Virus record (IMG/VR): IMGVR_UViG_3300022745_000021
Span: 40,960 to 104,959 of that record
Length of the DNA stretch: 64,000 bases
Reading direction: 5' to 3' (one strand)
Source: a virus
The position numbers and the translations under genes are program-made. The notes under the pieces are model-generated. The model saw nothing but the letters and a program-made list of their open reading frames with translations, was not told where the DNA came from and ran no database searches. Within the stretch, counting starts at the first letter, position 1. The number at the start of each line of letters is the position of its first letter. This document shows, piece by piece, positions 56,219 to 64,000 of this stretch.

Positions 56219-56665
56219 TTAGGCGACGCGCACTTCGAGTTGCACGTTGCCGTGCTCGTCGAAGTAGTCCCGCTCGATCATGTAGCCCTGCGCGGTGGCG
56301 GCGTTGATCGCGGCGAAGCGGGCGTACTGCTGCCCGAACTGGCCGATGGCCCACAGCGCGCGCTCCTCGGCCGTCTTGGGGACCGGGCAGCTGGCGCCGA
56401 CCGCGCGGGCAACGGTGCCGCCGTACTCGTCGGTGATGACGTTGTAGGTGCCGTCCGCCTGCTTGACGAGGCCGACGTCGTAGTTGGCGTTTTCGAGCTT
56501 GAGCACGAAATCGCACATCACTTCCTGCTGGCGGTAGTACATGCGCGGCTTGGTGTTCTCCGCGAGGGAAATCTTGACCCCCTTGCTCTGGAGTTCGGCG
56601 ACCGCGCGGCGGATCGCGCCGACGTCCTTGATGGCAAGTCCGCGAATAGTTGTAGTGTGGCTCAC
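56219..56665 (-). CDS. DUF1257 (Ycf35)-like protein
   Basis: MSHTTTI..IKD..A..AV.EL..YDVGL..DGTY..D.Y..QQYA..GY. Confidence 0.7.
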   Translation of the reverse strand: MSHTTTIRGLAIKDVGAIRRAVAELQSKGVKISLAENTKPRMYYRQQEVMCDFVLKLENANYDVGLVKQADGTYNVITDEYGGTVARAVGASCPVPKTAEERALWAIGQFGQQYARFAAINAATAQGYMIERDYFDEHGNVQLEVRVA

Positions 56666-56760
56666 TGTTTGTCTCCTCTTTGCTGCCTAGAAGTTTGGTA
56701 TAGCATAATTACGTTTCTACGTCAAACGGATGGGAAAACCCCGCCCTACGCCAAGTCCCC

Positions 56761-57402
56761 CTACGACAGGTCAAGGCTGCGCTTGCTGCGCACGCGGGTG
56801 ACTTCGACCGCCTGCCCCTCGGCGTTCTCGATCGTGCGCTTGTCGAGCACCGGGGCCGCCGCGATCTCGGGGGACAGGTCCTTGGGCGTAATCATCGCCC
56901 GCGCCGTCACCGGGTTGAACTGCTTTTCGTGCAGCGGGTTCACCCGCACGCCGAGCGCCTTGGCCTGCGCCAGCGAGAGCACGTCGAAGCGCCCCTCGAC
57001 ATAGCCGTTGCGCAGCGTCGCCCGGTTGAAGCCGGTCAGCGCTACCTCGTAGCGCCGCAGCGCCGCCGTCGCCCGGGCGCGCAGGAACACCGAGCCGACA
57101 TGGGGCAGGCCCGTGCCGACCTTGCGCATCGCGAACAGCTTGAGGATCATGCCCTCGGGGATCGCGTAGTCGCTCTTGGTGAAGAAGCCGGCGTTGGTGT
57201 CGCCGTTCTCGTGGGCGTTGATCCGCCCCCCTGCCCGCAGCGCCGAAACCCCGTGCAGCCCGGTCTTGGCGGCAGCGAACAGCTGCTGCTCGCCCATCGG
57301 GTTGGGGAACGCGTAGCTCGGGGTGTAGAACAGGTAGACCTTGGACTGCATGCCCGGGAAGTTCTCGCTCCCGCACATCGTCTCGATCATCGTGGTGGTC
57401 AT
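56761..57402 (-). CDS. hypothetical protein
   Basis: MTTTMIE start, GAGGAGACC SD. Confidence 0.65.
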   Translation of the reverse strand: MTTTMIETMCGSENFPGMQSKVYLFYTPSYAFPNPMGEQQLFAAAKTGLHGVSALRAGGRINAHENGDTNAGFFTKSDYAIPEGMILKLFAMRKVGTGLPHVGSVFLRARATAALRRYEVALTGFNRATLRNGYVEGRFDVLSLAQAKALGVRVNPLHEKQFNPVTARAMITPKDLSPEIAAAPVLDKRTIENAEGQAVEVTRVRSKRSLDLS

Positions 57403-57528
57403 CGTCTCGGTCTCCTCGTGACGGGGTTGGGGTGTTAACCCTGCATACCACAATCACGGTATAACGCAACAGGCGGGGGCAGGTGCAACCAGTTGCAACC
57501 GGCTGCAAGCCCTGCCCCCATACCCGGA

Positions 57529-59181
57529 CTAGCTGTCGAGTTCCAGCGCCCGGCCCGCGACGCCCACGGCTGCCCGGGTGCGCTGGCGCGGCCGGGGTTC
57601 AGCACGCGCCGCCTCGTCGATCGCGGTGCCGTTGGCAGGCCGCGCATTCTGTTCGGCCCAGCGCCGCATCGAGGCGAACTGGTCGGGGAACGCCTGCGAG
57701 AGCGGCGTCATCAACCGGAGTTGCCGCACGATCATCGCGCCGGTGAGCGTCTTGTCGGGCGCGTTGAACGCGGTGATCTTGGCGTCCTTGACGGCGGCTT
57801 CGAGTTCGGCCGGAACATACCCCTCGCTGGCCTCGATCGCCTCGTCGAGGTTCACGGTCGCCGGGTCCACCTTGCGTTTCTTGAGGTGGATGTTGAAGAT
57901 TTCCCGGCGCTCGGTGGCGTTGGGCACGCTGACCGAGAAAATCTCGTCGAGACGCCCGCGCCGGATCAGTTCGGTCGGCAGCTGCTCGACACGGTTGGCC
58001 GAGAACACGCAGAAGATCGGCGCGTCGTTCTCTTGCAGCCACGTCAGGATTTTGCCGAGCACGCGCTTGGTGACGCCGCTGTCGCCGCCGCCCTCGTGGC
58101 TGCCCCCGAGCGCCTTGTCTATTTCGTCGAGGAACAGCACGCACGGGGCCATGGCCTGCGCGGTGCGCAAGGCTTCGTCCACCCGCGCCTCGGACTGGCC
58201 GACCAGCGAGCCGAACACCCGCGACACGTCGAACTTGATAAGCGGCAGCGACAGGCTCCACGCGATGGCCTTGGAGACAAGGCTCTTGCCGGTGCCCGGC
58301 GGGCCGGCGAGGAGGATGCCCTTCAACGGGTCGATGCCGTAGTCCGCCGCGTCCTGCCCGAAGCACGCGCGGCGCTCGATCACCCACGCTTTCAGGTTTT
58401 CGAGGCCGCCGACTTCCTCCATGTTGCCCACCGGCATGACTTCGAGCACTTCCGTGCGCTTGACCGCCTCGACTTTGACCGCGAGAACTTCGGCGGTCAT
58501 CGTCTCGATCGGCAGCCGGGGCAGCAGCGCGCGGTTGGCGATCAGTGCCCGGCTGACTGCGCTTTCAAATTCGTGGCTGGTCATACCGCCGCCCGCCGAA
58601 ATGATCCGGTCGATGTCGTCGTCGAGGTAGTGGGGCCGCTTGGTGCGGTCGAGCGCTTCCAAGGTGCGGTGGTAGACGTCGCGCAGTTCCGCGAAGCTGG
58701 GAAGGTCGAAGTCGAGCACGGTGATGTCGTTCTGGAGTTCGGGCGGGAGCACGAACCCGGGGATGGTGAGGATCACCAGCCGCTTCTTGGTCTCGGGCAG
58801 CGAGCGCGCGAAGTCCTTGTAGACCTGCGTCAGCGGCGGGGCCTTGCCGATCCACGGGTGCGGGTACATCATCACGTAGACGCCGCGCCCGAAGCCCTCG
58901 ATCGCCTTGGCGGCGCCGAGCACGTCGGCATTGCCGTCGGCGTCCGGCTGGGTGCCGGGCTTGGTGCGGTCGAAGGTGTGCCAGCCGCCCGCGATCGTCC
59001 AGTAGCGGAACGTCGCGTCCTTCTCGGCGAGCGTGTAATCGTACAGCGTGTCGATGACCCGGTAGGGTTCGGCCGCGCGGATCATGGTCACGCCGACACC
59101 GGCCTTGTCGAGAATGCCGAAGCGCTGGCGGAAGGTGTCCGCGTTGAGGGTCGTGCGCTGTTCGCGCGTCATCGTCGTCAT
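57529..59181 (-). CDS. Ycf46-like AAA+ ATPase
   Basis: VGGLENLKAW, GILLAGPPGTGKSL, LVGQSE, APCVLFLDEIDK, SAN, ELIRRGRLDE. Confidence 0.9.
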   Translation of the reverse strand: MTTMTREQRTTLNADTFRQRFGILDKAGVGVTMIRAAEPYRVIDTLYDYTLAEKDATFRYWTIAGGWHTFDRTKPGTQPDADGNADVLGAAKAIEGFGRGVYVMMYPHPWIGKAPPLTQVYKDFARSLPETKKRLVILTIPGFVLPPELQNDITVLDFDLPSFAELRDVYHRTLEALDRTKRPHYLDDDIDRIISAGGGMTSHEFESAVSRALIANRALLPRLPIETMTAEVLAVKVEAVKRTEVLEVMPVGNMEEVGGLENLKAWVIERRACFGQDAADYGIDPLKGILLAGPPGTGKSLVSKAIAWSLSLPLIKFDVSRVFGSLVGQSEARVDEALRTAQAMAPCVLFLDEIDKALGGSHEGGGDSGVTKRVLGKILTWLQENDAPIFCVFSANRVEQLPTELIRRGRLDEIFSVSVPNATERREIFNIHLKKRKVDPATVNLDEAIEASEGYVPAELEAAVKDAKITAFNAPDKTLTGAMIVRQLRLMTPLSQAFPDQFASMRRWAEQNARPANGTAIDEAARAEPRPRQRTRAAVGVAGRALELDS

Positions 59182-59280
59182 GGTGGGTTGTCTCCTCTGT
59201 CTGTTCACAACTGCCGACGCCTTCCTAGCACAATCGGGCCGAGGGTCAAGCCATAGGTGTAGGCTACACGCCGTGCGTGT

Positions 59281-59314
59281 TGCAGCCGGTTGCAACTGGT
59301 TGCAACTGGTTGCA
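59281..59314. repeat. triple overlapping TGCAAC-NN-GTTGCA palindrome
   Basis: tgcagccggt tgcaactggt tgcaactggt tgca, 10-bp period. Confidence 0.75.
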
Positions 59315-59360
59315 CGGGGGTTACCGGCGCGTTACAGTCTGGTTACCTCTCGGGCGCACC

Positions 59361-59397
59361 AAAGGAAACCCCCGCCGGTTTCCCGACGGGGGTTTCA
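59361..59397 (-). terminator. intrinsic terminator
   Basis: GAAACCCCCG/CGGGGGTTTC stem followed by CTTT on the minus strand. Confidence 0.65.
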
Positions 59398-59509
59398 ATG
59401 TGGCAGTTGCGGCATCTGGCGCGAGGGAGGAAACCACCCCGCGACCGCGCTACCTTGATACCTACACCACGCAAACGGCGCAAGCGTTTTTTTGCCGCGA
59501 CTCGCGTTT

Positions 59510-59863
59510 TTAGGCGGATTTCTTGGCCGGGGTCGGTGAGTCAATCGCCGCGCCCGGTTTTCCCCGGTTTGCGCACCACTTGGCGGCGGCGCTTGCCGAA
59601 TTGTCGCGCTCGTGTGCCCAGTCGGCGAAGTCGTGGAGCCATGTGAGGAAGGCCCGGGTTGCGGTCGCCTCCATCGCGTCGCCCGGCGCAAGGATGCCCG
59701 CGCCGTCCGGCACACGCGGTTCAGTGGCGGGCGGGGTCGTCACCTCCAGCGGGCAGTCGAGCGGCTTGGTCAGTTCCGGCCTGCCCTGCGATCCGGCGCA
59801 GGCTGTCAGCACCGATGAGAGGGCGAGGAGCGCGAGGAGCGCCCGGCGTTTCAGGGTAAACAT
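59510..59863 (-). CDS. o-spanin (Rz1-like lipoprotein)
   Basis: Lipobox LTA-C after a signal peptide; Pro-rich; overlaps the i-spanin 3' end. Confidence 0.75.
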   Translation of the reverse strand: MFTLKRRALLALLALSSVLTACAGSQGRPELTKPLDCPLEVTTPPATEPRVPDGAGILAPGDAMEATATRAFLTWLHDFADWAHERDNSASAAAKWCANRGKPGAAIDSPTPAKKSA

Positions 59864-60182
59864 GGCTGGTCACCTCATTGATGACGCGCGCGGCGTCCTT
59901 GGCGATGGCAACGCGGCTGGTGCAGCGCGCCGACTGGTTGGCGAACGAGGAAGCGTTCTGATCGTGCTCGGCGGCGCGCAGCGCCTTCTCCTGCGTCAGG
60001 CTGACGCGGGTGTCGGCCAGCTGGCGCTTGGCGTCGGCCAGTTCGGACACGAGGCCCGGCACGTGGAGGACGCCGACGTGGACCCCGTCGATGCGCACGG
60101 TCTGCACGGCAAGTCCGAGGAGCGCGGCAGCGGCGATGCCGGCGGCGATGCTGGTGGACAGCGGGGGCGAGAAGCCGAACAT
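59721..60182 (-). CDS. i-spanin (Rz-like)
   Basis: MFGFSPP start coupled (TAATG) to the endolysin stop; N-terminal TM plus coiled coil. Confidence 0.7.
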   Translation of the reverse strand: MFGFSPPLSTSIAAGIAAAALLGLAVQTVRIDGVHVGVLHVPGLVSELADAKRQLADTRVSLTQEKALRAAEHDQNASSFANQSARCTSRVAIAKDAARVINEVTSHVYPETPGAPRAPRPLIGADSLRRIAGQAGTDQAARLPAGGDDPARH

Positions 60183-61075
60183 TACGCCCCCTCCCCCTTG
60201 AGGTCGCTGGCCTTGAAGAACGCCGCGAGGAAGCTCGCCGCCGTCGCGGTCAGCACGAGGCCGACCATGACCGACTTGAGCAACCCGTCGTTGGCAAACG
60301 GGGCAAGCGTGGCGATCCCCGCCGAGACCGCCGTGCCCACGCCCGACAGGCCCGCCACCAGCGACGCCTTGAAGGTGCGGCTGGTCATCGGGTGGGCGAT
60401 CGGCGCGGCCGAGACCGGCGCCGGACCCATCGGCACGGTAACCGGGACCGGGGCAGGTGCGGGCATGGCGACCAGCGAGGGCGTGGGCGCGGGGAGCACG
60501 ATGCTTGGCGCGGGCAGGTTGACCGGCGGCGCCGGGGTCGGGATCATCGTGGTCTGGATCACCGTCACCGGCGCGGGGACCGGCGTGTGCCACAGGTCGA
60601 TTTCCTTGCGGCGGCGGTTGACGAGACCCTGCACGCGCACGCCGTCGTCGTAGACGAACCGTTCCAGCTGGCCCGGGACTTCATCGAGCCGCCCGGCATT
60701 GAGCAGCGCCACGATCTTCCACGTCGAGACGAGACCGCAGTTGAACACGAAGCTGACGAGCGCGGCGTACTGGTTGTCGTTGAGCGCGGCGATGGCTTCG
60801 GGTTTCACGCAGGCCGCGATCTTGCGGTAGGCGTCGGCGAGGTCCATGCGGAGCAGCTGGCGGCCGGTCGCCTCGTCGATGGTCTCGCCGCGCACGACGT
60901 CGAGCTTGGTAACGGTGCGGGTGTGGCCCCAGCCGATGGTCGGCACGCCGATGACGTCGCTGGTCGTCGCGTACTTGGTGCGCTTGGGCTGCTTGTCGTC
61001 ATAGGCAACGGCCCGGAATTGCTCGCCGCTGGTGATTTCATCCAGTCCGGCGTCGTTGATCTCACGCAGCTGCAT
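60182..61075 (-). CDS. endolysin, GH24 lysozyme with Pro-rich linker and C-terminal TM helices
   Basis: E.FR..AY.D..PTIGWGHT, LNDNQYAALVSFVFNCG, GLVNRRRKE. Confidence 0.88.
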   Translation of the reverse strand: MQLREINDAGLDEITSGEQFRAVAYDDKQPKRTKYATTSDVIGVPTIGWGHTRTVTKLDVVRGETIDEATGRQLLRMDLADAYRKIAACVKPEAIAALNDNQYAALVSFVFNCGLVSTWKIVALLNAGRLDEVPGQLERFVYDDGVRVQGLVNRRRKEIDLWHTPVPAPVTVIQTTMIPTPAPPVNLPAPSIVLPAPTPSLVAMPAPAPVPVTVPMGPAPVSAAPIAHPMTSRTFKASLVAGLSGVGTAVSAGIATLAPFANDGLLKSVMVGLVLTATAASFLAAFFKASDLKGEGA

Positions 61076-61772
61076 GGTCTGTCTCCTTAACGTGTTCCCC
61101 AGCGCTCGCGGCGGTGCGTTCTAGCAGCGCGTGGAGTTGGGCTTTGAGTTCGTCCTTCGACCCCTCGTTGAAAAATTCGGCGTCCACCGGCGCGTTCGGC
61201 CAGTGGAACTCGCTTTCGTGCAGCGGCTCCCAGCCGGCGGCGCGGGCGAACGAGGCGAGCAGGTAGGCGGCTATGCGTTGCAACGCGTTGCCATGCGCGC
61301 GCCAGCGGTCGAGGTAGAACGGCATGCGCTCGACTTCGGGGCGGCGCACCATCCACAGCTGGCCTTGCATGCGCTCGATCATCGCCCATTCGTTGGGGAA
61401 GCGCACGTCCTCGACGACGACGCCCCGGATCGGCTTCTTGGTGCGGGTGCGCCCGGCGATCAGCGCGATGATCTGTTCCTGCACCGCGTTGACCCAAATG
61501 TCCTCGCCGATCATTTCGCGGCCCCACTCGGTGCCGATCGTCATCATCGCGTAGCGGGGCGACTTGCCGCACAGGAACGCCGACGGCGCGGCGCGGTGGG
61601 CTTGCGGGCCGTAGAGGTCCTGCTTGGTCAGGCCCATCGCCTTGAGCGCGTCCTTCAACGGCTTTGCCATGGCGATGCGTACGAACCCCTCGGCTTCGAG
61701 CATTTCGGCAAGGGTGGTCTTGCCCGCGCCCGACGCGCCGACCAGACCGATGACGGGGAAGTTGGTGAACAT
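61062..61772 (-). CDS. deoxynucleoside monophosphate kinase
   Basis: IGLVGASGAGKTT, MAKPLK, SPR..M..IGTEWGR, EDVRFPNE, HESE. Confidence 0.85.
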   Translation of the reverse strand: MFTNFPVIGLVGASGAGKTTLAEMLEAEGFVRIAMAKPLKDALKAMGLTKQDLYGPQAHRAAPSAFLCGKSPRYAMMTIGTEWGREMIGEDIWVNAVQEQIIALIAGRTRTKKPIRGVVVEDVRFPNEWAMIERMQGQLWMVRRPEVERMPFYLDRWRAHGNALQRIAAYLLASFARAAGWEPLHESEFHWPNAPVDAEFFNEGSKDELKAQLHALLERTAASAGEHVKETDHAAA

Positions 61773-61783
61773 CGCGCGTTCTC

Positions 61784-62401
61784 CTACTTGGTGTGGACGT
61801 GCAAGGGCGGCGCGAGCAGCGCGTCAGTCAGTTCGAGCCACAGATGGTAATGCGTAGACGTGTTGCACAGCGCGAAGTCGGCGGGGATGTCGCGCCAGTG
61901 GTATTCGCTCTCGTGGATACGCGGGTGCCAGCCCAACATATGCGCCAGCTTGTCGAACACGGTGCGCCGGGGTGCCTCGCCGTTGTCCACGCTCCACACC
62001 CGGCCGCCGAGCGCGTGGATCATCGCGCCCTCGTTGGGAAAGCGCATGCCGTCGATCACCAGTTTGCACCCGGTTGCAAGTCGCGCCACGATCCGCTCGC
62101 GGACGGCGTTGACCAGCAGGTCGGGGTGGACCATGTTGCGCGCCCACTCGGTGCCGAGCTTTTGGGCGACTTCGCGGGGGGACATGCCGCCCAGCCGGTC
62201 CTGCGGCGTGGCGCGGTGGCGCTGACTGCCCGACAGGTCCGCCTCGGTGAAGCCGAGCACACGCAGCATATCCTTGAGTACGCACGACATCGGCAGGACG
62301 GCGTAGCCGTGGTCTTCGGCGAGCATGCGGGCAACGGTGCTCTTGCCAGCACCAGAGGCACCGATCAGGCCGATCAGCTGGGGGTAGTTGGCAAGCGTCA
62401 T
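61784..62401 (-). CDS. deoxynucleoside monophosphate kinase (tandem paralog)
   Basis: IGLIGASGAGKST, SPRE..QKLGTEWAR, DGMRFPNE, HESE. Confidence 0.85.
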   Translation of the reverse strand: MTLANYPQLIGLIGASGAGKSTVARMLAEDHGYAVLPMSCVLKDMLRVLGFTEADLSGSQRHRATPQDRLGGMSPREVAQKLGTEWARNMVHPDLLVNAVRERIVARLATGCKLVIDGMRFPNEGAMIHALGGRVWSVDNGEAPRRTVFDKLAHMLGWHPRIHESEYHWRDIPADFALCNTSTHYHLWLELTDALLAPPLHVHTK

Positions 62402-62757
62402 GCGGGTTCCTTCTGGAGTTCCCGGCAGGTGGGGCAGGTCGCGTTGAACAGCGCCTTCTGCATGCGCTCCAGTTCAGCTTCGAGCGCGCGGATGCGGTCT
62501 TGGTAGCGCGCTTCCTTGGCGTCCCACTCCTCGGCGTCGCGTTCGCGGTCCTCGCGCAGCCGTGCCAGTTCTTGGCTCATCATGTTGAAGCCAGCCTGCA
62601 ACGAGCGGTTGAGGTTGGCGTGGGCGTTGGTAACATCCTCGGCGGCCGGATCGGGCTTGGCGCGCAGCTTGGCGATCAGGACGTTGGCGGTCTGGGTGAC
62701 CACCGCGCCGGCAAATGCCCAAAGCGGCGCCGACTGCAAGATGCTGGAAAGGTCCAT
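62398..62757 (-). CDS. putative holin/lysis-associated membrane protein
   Basis: One N-terminal hydrophobic segment plus coiled coil; upstream of the endolysin. Confidence 0.4.
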   Translation of the reverse strand: MDLSSILQSAPLWAFAGAVVTQTANVLIAKLRAKPDPAAEDVTNAHANLNRSLQAGFNMMSQELARLREDRERDAEEWDAKEARYQDRIRALEAELERMQKALFNATCPTCRELQKEPA

Positions 62758-62829
62758 GGCACGCTCCGGGGGTACATGTCTATCGGGGTAGGCCCTACAT
62801 GTGTAGCTTACCCCGACAAAACAAGAGCG

Positions 62830-63357
62830 TCAGGCGGCTTCGGCACCCGCCGACGCCGCTTCCGGCACCCATAGGACGTCGGTGGTGGGAGCGCCGTCGG
62901 CGGTGGGGGCGTCGGGAGCGTCAAGCGCGGGGGCGTCGGCGGCCGGGCGCAGATCGGTAATAGGCGGCAGGCTCGGCGGGTTCATCGCCGCGCGCAGGTC
63001 CGCCAGCGACACCGAGAAGTCGAACACGATCGTCTCGCCCTGCACCGACAGCGTGAGGCTGCTGGTTTCAGCGTCGCCGCGACGCGTCACCACGTCCTGC
63101 GGGCGCAGCAACACGCGGTTGCCGTCGGCGCCGGTCAGCGCCAGCATGCCTTGGCCCGCCGTGGCGGCGAGCAGCGCTTCAAACGGGGTGTTGGTGAGCA
63201 GCACAATCGTGCCCTCGGGCGCGATGACGCGCACGAAGCTCTTGGCGTCGGGGAACGTGGTGTTGTGCAGGGTGTCGAACGCCTGCGCGGTGACGATGCT
63301 GGTGGCCGGAATATCGTAGCCGCTGCCATCGACCAGTTCGAGGTTGGTAAGGTTCAC
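62830..63357 (-). CDS. hypothetical protein
   Basis: GTG start VNLTNLEL with GAGGAG SD. Confidence 0.6.
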   Translation of the reverse strand: MNLTNLELVDGSGYDIPATSIVTAQAFDTLHNTTFPDAKSFVRVIAPEGTIVLLTNTPFEALLAATAGQGMLALTGADGNRVLLRPQDVVTRRGDAETSSLTLSVQGETIVFDFSVSLADLRAAMNPPSLPPITDLRPAADAPALDAPDAPTADGAPTTDVLWVPEAASAGAEAA

Positions 63358-63475
63358 GTGGGTTGCTCCTCTTGTGGGAGCGATCATCGTACACGTGTAG
63401 GTATCATGCGTCAAGGGACGGGTTGCAACATCGCATAGTTGCAACCGGGTGCAACCCGTCCCCCTGCGCCGGGGC

Positions 63476-63844
63476 TTACTTGGTGGCCGGGGTGTCGCCA
63501 GCCGGCGGCGTCGGCGTGGCGCTCGGGACCACCGGCGCGGGCAGCGACGAGGCCAGCGCGGTGACCTGCGAGATCAGGGCGAGGCCGTCGTTGGTCAGGA
63601 TCAGCACCATCCGGTCGAGGCGCTGCGCCACGTCGAGGTCGGTCGCGGCGTCCTTGGCGGCCGACAGCGCGGCGATCTGCGCCCGCATCGCGGCATCGGT
63701 GCCGAGCGCGTCAGCGACCGGCTTGAGCGCGGCGTACTTGGCCTTGCGATCGGCTTCGGCCTGTTCGTAGTTGGCCTGCGCCTGCTTGGCCTGCAAGGCG
63801 GCGAGCGTGGCGGCGTCGGCATCGGTGAAGGTGGTAGCGGGCAT
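63476..63844 (-). CDS. hypothetical Ala-rich protein
   Basis: ORF track, AGGAG SD. Confidence 0.65.
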   Translation of the reverse strand: MPATTFTDADAATLAALQAKQAQANYEQAEADRKAKYAALKPVADALGTDAAMRAQIAALSAAKDAATDLDVAQRLDRMVLILTNDGLALISQVTALASSLPAPVVPSATPTPPAGDTPATK

Positions 63845-64000
63845 GTCGGTTCTCCTAGTGTCGTGGTGTGGGTCGGGGGGGGGAACTACAGGGGAAATTC
63901 GTCGGCAGCCTCGCGCAGCGCTGCGTTGGCGCAGTGCCCTTTGCCGAAAACGTCATCGACGAGGCCGGACAGGACGACACACCAGCGGTAGCCGTTGGCC

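Overview
This 64 kb window is part of a large, GC-rich dsDNA tailed bacteriophage genome. The host is probably alphaproteobacterial, judging from the NrdAB sequence style (inference). Almost every real gene is on the minus strand, and the long plus-strand ORFs are antisense shadows. In transcription order (right to left) it holds: (1) a lysis module (holin-like gene, two tandem dNMP kinases, GH24 endolysin, i-/o-spanins); (2) a Ycf46-like AAA+ ATPase / DUF1257 / DUF2997-like module; (3) a replication block (initiator with internal iterons, DnaC-like, DnaB, UDG-fused family A polymerase, primase, SSB, SF2 helicase, RecA, two resolvases, Cas4-like nuclease); (4) nucleotide metabolism genes (nrdBA, MazG-like, metallophosphoesterase, PhoH); (5) a ParB / PAPS-reductase / TauD-like cluster that may modify DNA; (6) a terminase large subunit fractured by a naturally split intein, with an HNH-AP2 endonuclease gene between the halves; and (7) about 22 kb of small early/accessory genes. 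Main observations: the split-intein TerL; an 11-copy early expression module (sigma70-like promoter, palindromic spacer, 5'-UTR hairpin with invariant AGGCAG loop and covarying stems, SD GAGGAGACC); and two families of dispersed 14-bp palindromes (TGCAAC-N2/3-GTTGCA and SCWACA-N2-TGTWGS), many copies of the first lying inside essential genes. No tRNA, rRNA, CRISPR array or integrase was seen. Product calls come from motif recognition by eye, not database searches.
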